NCBI GenBank assembly: GCA_963826115.1
Contig: CAWGVS010000006.1
Location: 224,001 to 288,000 of the forward strand
Length of the DNA: 64,000 nucleotides
DNA from: an uncultured Candidatus Rokubacteria bacterium
GTDB lineage: Bacteria > Methylomirabilota > Methylomirabilia > Rokubacteriales > DASRDR01
Direction of reading: 5' to 3'
Numbering within the stretch: position 1 is the first letter of the stretch; every line of letters starts with the position of its first letter. Shown here one piece after another: positions 57,285 through 64,000 of this stretch. A model generated the notes under the pieces. That model worked only from the letters and a program-made list of their open reading frames with translations, was not told where the DNA came from and ran no database searches. The position numbers and the translations under genes were made by a program.

Positions 57285-59716
57285 GCGGGCGCCGCGAGCG
57301 GCCCTGGTCCGTCATCGGGCAGCGGCTCCCGAAGGTCGACGCCTGGGCGAAGGTCACCGGCGAGACGCGCTTCGCCGACGACCTGGTCCTCCCGCGCATG
57401 GCGTACGCGAAGCTCCTCCGGGCCCAGCACCCGCACGCCCTGATCAAGCGGATCGACACCACGCGCGCGGTGGCGCTCCCGGGCGTGTACGCGGTCATCA
57501 CCGGGCGCGACTTTCCGCCGGTCCGGTTCGGGATCATGCCGGTGAGCCAGGACGAGGAGCCGCTCTGCGTCGAGAAGGTGCGGTTCGTGGGCGACCCCGT
57601 GGCGGCGGTGGCCGCCGTCGACGAGGAGACCGCCGAGGCGGCCGCGCGGATGATCGCCGTCGAGTACGAGCCGCTCGACTCGCTGATGTCCATCGACGCG
57701 GCGCTCCGCGAGGGCACGCACCGGATCCACGAGTACGGCGACGGGCACAACATCCACAAGCTGGTGTCGCTCGAGTTCGGGGACGTCGAGGAGGGGTTCC
57801 GCGAGGCGGACCTCGTGCGCGAGGACGTCTTCTTCTTCGAGGGCAACACGCACCTGCCGATGGAGCAGCACGCCGCCGTCGCCCAGTGGACCCCGGACGG
57901 GAAGCTCACGCTCTGGTCGTCGACCCAGACCCCGCACTACGTCCACCGGGCGCTCGGCAAGGTGCTCGCGCTGCCGATGAGCCACGTCCGGGTGATCGCC
58001 ACGCCGAACGGCGGGGGCTTCGGCGGGAAGTCCGATCCCTTCAGCCACGAGATGGCCGTGGCGCGGCTGGCGCAGCTCACCGGCCGCCCGGTGAAGACGA
58101 CCCTCACGCGCGAGGAGGTGTTCTACACGCACCGTGGCCGCCACCCCGTCCTCATGTGGGTGCGCTCGGGCGTGCGGAAGGACGGCGAGATCCTGGCGCT
58201 CCACTTCCGGACCTGGCTCGACGGCGGCGCGTACGGCTCGTACGGGGTCGCGTCCACCTTCTACACGGGCGCGCTCCAGACGGTGACGTACCGGATCGCC
58301 CGGTACAAGTTCGAGGGCTGCCGGGTCTTCACGAACAAGCCGCCCTGCGGCCCCAAGCGCGGCCACGGGACGCCCCAGCCTCGGTTCGCCCTCGAGGTCC
58401 ACCTCGACCGGATCGCGGAGGAGCTGGGCCTCGATCCCGCCGACATGCGCCGCCGCACCGTCGTGCCCGAGCATCAGAAGACGGTCAACCACCTGACCGT
58501 GACGACGTGCGGTCTCCCCGAGTGTCTCGACCGGGTCGTGGAGGCGTCGGGGTGGCGGGAGAAGTTCGGAAAGCTGCCGCCGGGCCGCGGCATCGGTATC
58601 GCCGCGTCGTCGTACCTCACCGGCGCGGGCCTGCCCATCTACTGGAACGACATGCCCCATTCCGGCGCGATGGTGAAGGTCGACCGCGGCGGCGGCGTGA
58701 CGGTGTTCTGCGGCTCCATCGATATCGGGCAGGGCTCGGACTCCGTGCTCGCCTACGTCGTCGCCGAGGTGCTGGGAATCCGGCCGGAGGACGTGCGCGT
58801 GGTCACCGCCGACACGGATCTCACGCCGGTGGACCTCGGCTCGTACTCTTCGCGGGTGACGCTCATGACCGGCAACGCGGCCCGCGAGGCGGCCGAGAAG
58901 GTCCGGCTGGCGATCCTCGCCGCGGCCGCGCGGAAGCTCGGGGTGGCGCCCGACGAGCTCGAGGCCCGGGACCGGCGGGTCTTCCGGCGGGACGACCCGG
59001 CGCGCGGGCTCGCCTTCGACGAGGCGGTGCGGCTGGCGGAGGCGGCCGGCGGGACGCTGGTCGCCGCGGGTTCCTACACGCCGCCCCGGCGGGCCGCCAA
59101 GTTCAAGGGCTCGGGGGTCGGCCCGACGCCCGCGTACTCCTACTCGGCCTGCGTGGTCGAGCTCGAGGTCGACCCGGAGACCGGCGACATCCGCGTCGAT
59201 CACGTGTGGATCGCCCACGACGGGGGGACGGCGATCAACCCGCTCCTGGTCGAGGGCCAGGTCGAGGGCTCGATCTACATGGGGCTCGGCGAGGCCCTGA
59301 TGGAGGAGTCGGCCTTCCGGCCCCACGGCCTCCACAAGATCCCGTCGCTCCTCGAGTACAAGAGCCCGACGACGCTCGAGACGCCGGAGATCACGACGCT
59401 CCTGGTCGAGACCCACGACGCCGAGGGGCCGTTCGGCGCGAAGGAGGCGGGGCAGGGCCCGCTCCTCCCGGTGATCCCGGCGGTCGCCAACGCCGTCTAC
59501 AACGCGGTCGGCGTCCGGATCGACGAGGTGCCGATCACTCCCGAGAAGATCTTGAAGGCGCTCGATCTCAAGGCCCAGGGGAAGACGCCGCGCGTTGGCC
59601 CCGAGCGCCTGCCGCACGTGACGTTCCCGGAGCCGACCCGCGTGCCGCCGCCCTGGATCGACCCGGAGGGCCGCCCGATCGACGCGGCGGCCGGGGCGGT
59701 GGGGTCCCGCACATGA
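57281..59716 (+). CDS. hcrA: 4-hydroxybenzoyl-CoA reductase-like molybdopterin subunit (xanthine dehydrogenase family)
   Basis: AKVTG, TQTPHY, GGGFGGK, RGHGTPQ, DIGQGS, DLGSYSSRVT, GPFGAKEAG. Confidence 0.75.
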   Translation: MSGRRERPWSVIGQRLPKVDAWAKVTGETRFADDLVLPRMAYAKLLRAQHPHALIKRIDTTRAVALPGVYAVITGRDFPPVRFGIMPVSQDEEPLCVEKVRFVGDPVAAVAAVDEETAEAAARMIAVEYEPLDSLMSIDAALREGTHRIHEYGDGHNIHKLVSLEFGDVEEGFREADLVREDVFFFEGNTHLPMEQHAAVAQWTPDGKLTLWSSTQTPHYVHRALGKVLALPMSHVRVIATPNGGGFGGKSDPFSHEMAVARLAQLTGRPVKTTLTREEVFYTHRGRHPVLMWVRSGVRKDGEILALHFRTWLDGGAYGSYGVASTFYTGALQTVTYRIARYKFEGCRVFTNKPPCGPKRGHGTPQPRFALEVHLDRIAEELGLDPADMRRRTVVPEHQKTVNHLTVTTCGLPECLDRVVEASGWREKFGKLPPGRGIGIAASSYLTGAGLPIYWNDMPHSGAMVKVDRGGGVTVFCGSIDIGQGSDSVLAYVVAEVLGIRPEDVRVVTADTDLTPVDLGSYSSRVTLMTGNAAREAAEKVRLAILAAAARKLGVAPDELEARDRRVFRRDDPARGLAFDEAVRLAEAAGGTLVAAGSYTPPRRAAKFKGSGVGPTPAYSYSACVVELEVDPETGDIRVDHVWIAHDGGTAINPLLVEGQVEGSIYMGLGEALMEESAFRPHGLHKIPSLLEYKSPTTLETPEITTLLVETHDAEGPFGAKEAGQGPLLPVIPAVANAVYNAVGVRIDEVPITPEKILKALDLKAQGKTPRVGPERLPHVTFPEPTRVPPPWIDPEGRPIDAAAGAVGSRT

Positions 59717-60750
59717 TGCGGTTGCCGCCGTTCCGGTACTTCGCCCCGGCGAGCGTGGCCGAGGCGGTGGGTCTTCTGGCCGAGCACGGGGGCGCGGCCA
59801 CGGTCGTCGCCGGCGGCACCGACCTCTACCCCAACATGAAGCGCCTCCAGATGGAGCCGCGCGTGCTGGTCGGCCTCCGCGGGATCCGCGAGCTGGGCGG
59901 GATCCACGGGAGCGCCCGCAGCGGTCTGGTCGTGGGGGCGGGCGCCACGCTCACCCGGGTCTCGGAGCATCCCGAGATCGCCGCCCACTATCCGGCGCTC
60001 GCGCGCGCGGCCGGCGTGGTCTCGACGCCGCAGCTCCGCAACATGGGGACGCTCGGCGGCAACGTCTGCGTGGACACCCGCTGCAACTACTACAACCAGT
60101 CGTACGAGTGGCGCCGCGCGATCGGCTTCTGCATGAAGAAGGACGGCGACATCTGCCTGGTCGCCCCCGGGAGTCGGCGTTGCTGGGCCGTGTCCTCGTC
60201 GGACACCGCGCCGGTCCTGTGGGCGCTCGGCGCCGAGGTCACCCTGGTCGGCCCGGCGGGGGAGCGGCGGATCCCGGTCTCGGGCCTGTTCCGGGACGAC
60301 GGCATCGAGTACCTCGGCAAGGCGCCCGGGGAGATCCTCACCGCGCTCCACCTGCCGCCGGTCGACGGGTGGCGCGCCACGTACTGGAAGCTCCGGCGGC
60401 GGGGCGCGTTCGACTTTCCGGTGCTGGGCGTGGCGGCGGCGGTGCGGCTCGAGGATGGGGTGTGCCGCGACGCGCGGATCGTGCTGGGCGCCGTGGCCTC
60501 GATGCCGCGCGAAGCGCCCGAGGCGGCGCGCACGCTGGTCGGTCAGCCGTTCGGCGCCGAGGCGATCGCGCGCGCCGCGGAGGCCGCGGCCCGACCGGCC
60601 AAGCCGCTCGACAACACGGATCTCGTCTATCACTATCGAAAGCGGATGACGCGGGTCTACGTCGCCCGCGCGCTCCGGGAGCTGGCCGGATTGCCGATAG
60701 TTGGGCTCTGGCCGTCCGGCATGGCGGCGCGGGCCGTCGAGGAGAACTGA
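59713..60750 (+). CDS. hcrB: 4-hydroxybenzoyl-CoA reductase-like FAD/[4Fe-4S] subunit
   Basis: AGGTDL, RNMGTLGGN, HcrB-type Cys insertion RCNYYNQSYEWR...FCMKKDGDICLVAPGSRRCW. Confidence 0.8.
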   Translation: MMRLPPFRYFAPASVAEAVGLLAEHGGAATVVAGGTDLYPNMKRLQMEPRVLVGLRGIRELGGIHGSARSGLVVGAGATLTRVSEHPEIAAHYPALARAAGVVSTPQLRNMGTLGGNVCVDTRCNYYNQSYEWRRAIGFCMKKDGDICLVAPGSRRCWAVSSSDTAPVLWALGAEVTLVGPAGERRIPVSGLFRDDGIEYLGKAPGEILTALHLPPVDGWRATYWKLRRRGAFDFPVLGVAAAVRLEDGVCRDARIVLGAVASMPREAPEAARTLVGQPFGAEAIARAAEAAARPAKPLDNTDLVYHYRKRMTRVYVARALRELAGLPIVGLWPSGMAARAVEEN

Positions 60751-60757
60751 GGCGCGC

Positions 60758-61222
60758 ATGGGGTCGATGTCGGTCGTCGGGACGTGGCGGCTCGTGTCGT
60801 CGGAGGGGCGGAGCTCGAGCGGCGACGTATCCCGGCCCTACGGCGACGCGCCGACGGGACTCCTGATCTACGGCGCCGACGGTCACATGTCGGCCACGCT
60901 GATGCGGCCCGACCGCCCGCCCTTCACGAGCGGCGACCGGCTCCGCGGCACGACCGAGGAGGTGCGCGTGGCCAGCGAGGGGTTCCTCGCCTACTGCGGC
61001 ACCTACCACCTGGACGAAGCGGGCGGGGTCATCGTGCACCACGTGACCACGGCGGACTTTCCCAACATCGTCGGCACCGACCTCGTCCGGCGCTTCGCGA
61101 TGGAGAACGGGCATCTCGTGCTCGAGACCCAGCCCGTCCTGCGGGCCGGCAAGACGTGGGTGTTCCGGCTCACCTGGGCGCCGGCGCCGCCGGTCCGGGC
61201 CGCCGCTCGGGGGACCGCATGA
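60758..61222 (+). CDS. Lipocalin-like domain protein
   Basis: VGTWRLVS, GLLIYGADGHMS, LAYCGTY, LTW. Confidence 0.8.
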   Translation: MGSMSVVGTWRLVSSEGRSSSGDVSRPYGDAPTGLLIYGADGHMSATLMRPDRPPFTSGDRLRGTTEEVRVASEGFLAYCGTYHLDEAGGVIVHHVTTADFPNIVGTDLVRRFAMENGHLVLETQPVLRAGKTWVFRLTWAPAPPVRAAARGTA

Positions 61223-62901
61223 CGGAGCGCGCCCCGGGCGACGCCGCGCTTCCCGTCGACTTCCGGACGGAGCCGTCCCGCTATCGGCACTGGAAGCTCA
61301 CGGTGGACGGCCGCGTGGCCACGCTCGCGATGGACGTCCGCGAGGACGGGGGCCTCCGGCCCGGCTACGAGCTCAAGCTCAACTCGTACGACCTCGGCGT
61401 CGACATCGAACTCGCCGACGCGATCCAGCGCCTCCGGTTCGAGCACCCCGAGGTGCGCGCGGTGGTGCTCACCTCGCTCAAGGAGCGGGTGTTCTGCGCC
61501 GGTGCCAACATTCGCATGCTGAGCCAGTCCGGCCACGGCTGGAAGGTGAACTTCTGCAAGTTCACGAACGAGACGCGGAACGCGATGGAGGAGGCGAGCG
61601 CGGTGTCCGGCCAGCGCTATCTCGCCGTCGTGAACGGACCCTGCGCGGGCGGCGGCTACGAGCTCGCCCTGGCGACCGACTGGATCCTGATGGCGGACGA
61701 CGGCAACACGGCGGTGTCTCTCCCCGAGGTGCCGCTCCTCGCGGTGCTCCCGGGGACCGGCGGTCTGACGCGCCTGGTCGACAAGCGCCACGTCCGGCGG
61801 GACCGGGCGGACGTCTTCTGCACGCTGGAGGAGGGCGTCAAGGGGCAGCGCGCGGTCGAGTGGGGCCTGGTCGACGAGGTCGTCCCGCGCTCCCAGCTCG
61901 CGGAGGCCGCGCGGTCGCGGGCCGCCCAGCTCGCGGAGCGGAGTGACCGGCCGGCGGCCGCCGAGGGCCTCGCGCTGCCCCCGCTCGCCCGCACCGTCGA
62001 CGGCGACCGGATCGCCTACGGCCACGTCGCGTGCGCGATCGACCGGGAGCGGGGAGTGGCCGAGATCCGCGTCACGGGGCCGACCGCGCCGCCGCCCGCC
62101 GATCTGGCCGGCCTCCGCGCCCAGGGCGCCGCGTTCTGGTCGCTCGCGGTCGCGCGCGAGCTGGACGACCTGGTCCTGTACCTCCGGACCAACGAGCAGG
62201 AGGCGGGCGTCTGGGTGTTCCGCACGGAGGGGACGGCGGACCTCGTGACCGCCCACGACCAGCTCCTCGCCGCCCACCAGGCGGACTGGCTCGTCCGCGA
62301 GATCCGGCTCTTCTGGAAGCGCGTGCTCAAGCGCCTCGACGTATCCTCCCGGTCCGTGTTCGCGCTGGTCGAGTCCGGCTCGTGCTTCGCGGGGAGCCTC
62401 CTCGAGCTCGTGCTCGCCGCCGACCGCTCCTACATGCTCGACGGCACGCGCGAGGGCGACGCCGACGCGCCGCCCTCGATCCGGCTGGGGGAGCCGAGCT
62501 TCGGCGCCTGCCCGATGGTGAACGGGCTCACGCGCCTCGAGAGCCGCTTCCTCGGCGAGCCGCACCGCGTCGACGAGCTGAAGCGGCGGATCGGCGAGGA
62601 TCTCGACGCGCGCGCCGCGGCGACGGCGGGCCTGGTGACGTTCACCCCCGACGACATCGACTGGGACGACGAGGTGCGGATTGCCATCGAGGAGCGGGCC
62701 GCGTTCTCGCCGGACGCCCTCACGGGCATGGAGGCCTCGCTCCGCTTCGGCGGGCCGGAGACGGTCGAGAGCAAGATCTTCGCGCGGCTCTCGGCGTGGC
62801 AGAACTGGATCTTCCAGCGCGAGAACGCGGTCGGCGAGCGGGGTGCGCTCCGCGTCTACGGAACGGGCCAGCGTCCGGAGTTCGATCGGAGGAGAGTCTG
62901 A
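61219..62901 (+). CDS. boxC: 2,3-epoxybenzoyl-CoA dihydrolase
   Basis: YELKLNSYDLGVDIEL, WKVNFCKFTNETRN, LPEVPLLAVLPGTGG, SPDALTGMEA, RLSAWQNWIFQR. Confidence 0.93.
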   Translation: MTERAPGDAALPVDFRTEPSRYRHWKLTVDGRVATLAMDVREDGGLRPGYELKLNSYDLGVDIELADAIQRLRFEHPEVRAVVLTSLKERVFCAGANIRMLSQSGHGWKVNFCKFTNETRNAMEEASAVSGQRYLAVVNGPCAGGGYELALATDWILMADDGNTAVSLPEVPLLAVLPGTGGLTRLVDKRHVRRDRADVFCTLEEGVKGQRAVEWGLVDEVVPRSQLAEAARSRAAQLAERSDRPAAAEGLALPPLARTVDGDRIAYGHVACAIDRERGVAEIRVTGPTAPPPADLAGLRAQGAAFWSLAVARELDDLVLYLRTNEQEAGVWVFRTEGTADLVTAHDQLLAAHQADWLVREIRLFWKRVLKRLDVSSRSVFALVESGSCFAGSLLELVLAADRSYMLDGTREGDADAPPSIRLGEPSFGACPMVNGLTRLESRFLGEPHRVDELKRRIGEDLDARAAATAGLVTFTPDDIDWDDEVRIAIEERAAFSPDALTGMEASLRFGGPETVESKIFARLSAWQNWIFQRENAVGERGALRVYGTGQRPEFDRRRV

Positions 62902-64000
62902 TGGCGATCGACTACCAGGAGCGCATTCCGAACAACGTCGGCCTGCGCGAGAACCGCCGCCTCCTCCGGGCCCTGGAGGAGTGGCAGCCGCGCTTCCTCC
63001 AGTGGTGGCAGGACATGGGGCCGGAGGGGTTCCAGGCCCGCGACGTCTACCTCCGCACGGCCGTCAGCGTGGACGCCCAGGGGTGGGCGCACTTCGACTA
63101 CGTCCGGATGCCCGAGTACCGCTGGGGCATCTTCCTCGCCGAGCCGGACCCCGGCCGCACGATCGGCTTCGGCGCCCACCGCGGCCATCCGGCCTGGCAG
63201 GACGTGCCGGGTGAGCACCGCGGCACGCTCCGGCGCCTGATCGTGACCCAGGGCGACACCGAGCCCGCCTCGGTCGAGCAGCAGCGCCAGCTGGGACGGA
63301 CGTGCCCGTCGCTCTACGACCTCCGCAACCTCTTCCAGGTGAACGTCGAGGAGGGCCGGCATCTCTGGGCGATGGTGTACCTCCTGCACGCCCACTTCGG
63401 GCGCGACGGCCGCGAGGAGGCCGAGGCGCTCCTGCAGCGCCATTCCGGGGACCGGGACCGACCGCGCATCCTCGGAGCGTTCAACGAGCGAACGCCGGAT
63501 TGGCTCTCGTTCTTCATGTTCACCTACTTTACCGACCGCGACGGCAAGTACCAGCTGGCGAGTCTGGCCGAGAGCGGCTTCGACCCTTTGTCGCGCACCT
63601 GTCGCTTCATGCTGACCGAGGAAGCGCACCACATGTTCGTGGGCGAGGCGGGGCTGGGCCGGGTCGTCCAGCGCACCTGCGAGGTGATGCGGGAGCACCG
63701 GACCGACGACGTCCGGAAGCACGGGGTCATCGACCTCGCGACGATCCAGCGCTACCTGAACTTCCATTTCTCCGTCTCGATCGATCTCTTCGGCGGCGAG
63801 ATCTCGACCAATGCCGCCAACTTCTACACGGCGGGGCTGAAGGGGCGGTTCGAGGAGGGCAAGAAGGCCGACGACCACGTGCTTGCGGGCGCGACGTACC
63901 CGGTGAGCCAGCTCGACGGCGATCGCATCGTTACGCGGGACGAGGCCGCCCTGCCGGCGCTCAACGAGCGGCTCCGGGACGACTACATCGCGGACTGCCA
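62901..64000 (+). CDS. boxB: Benzoyl-CoA 2,3-epoxidase subunit B (partial, runs off window edge)
   Basis: Manual translation from ATG 62901: MAIDYQERIPNNV...WWQDMGPEGFQ...YLRTAVSV...TQGDTEPASVEQQ...NVEEGRHLWAM...TEEAHHMFVG (diiron ExxH motifs). Confidence 0.93.
   Translation, partial: MAIDYQERIPNNVGLRENRRLLRALEEWQPRFLQWWQDMGPEGFQARDVYLRTAVSVDAQGWAHFDYVRMPEYRWGIFLAEPDPGRTIGFGAHRGHPAWQDVPGEHRGTLRRLIVTQGDTEPASVEQQRQLGRTCPSLYDLRNLFQVNVEEGRHLWAMVYLLHAHFGRDGREEAEALLQRHSGDRDRPRILGAFNERTPDWLSFFMFTYFTDRDGKYQLASLAESGFDPLSRTCRFMLTEEAHHMFVGEAGLGRVVQRTCEVMREHRTDDVRKHGVIDLATIQRYLNFHFSVSIDLFGGEISTNAANFYTAGLKGRFEEGKKADDHVLAGATYPVSQLDGDRIVTRDEAALPALNERLRDDYIADC

Overview
High-GC chromosomal window from a probably diderm, non-actinobacterial bacterium. 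Tat-type binding proteins, lipoproteins, a cytochrome c and a YejM-like protein point this way; a Rokubacteria/Methylomirabilota-like origin is a guess only. Content: small-molecule metabolism genes, a doubled carbohydrate ABC cluster, a UGA-recoded WASWUGC selenoprotein with a clear SECIS hairpin, a divergent M32 carboxypeptidase / circularly permuted ATP-grasp pair, a Pup-proteasome operon (arc-dop-prcB-prcA-pafA) with no pup gene, the housekeeping run yebC-ruvCAB-spoIID-csaA-queA-tgt-yajC-secDF-rel, rpmB/recG/rsmD/coaD, a Clp1-like kinase, and an hcrCAB-boxCB aromatic operon. The most striking unexplained element lies at 45983-47327. An AbiEi-like regulator, under a promoter overlapped by a four-half-site dyad operator, is followed not by an AbiEii toxin but by two tandem cassettes. 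Each cassette has a near-perfect Shine-Dalgarno sequence, the same 11-aa ORF MAKKKAAKKKK (differing only at silent positions) and a hairpin. No CRISPR array, rRNA, tRNA or mobile element was seen. All family calls come from motif recognition by eye, not database searches.
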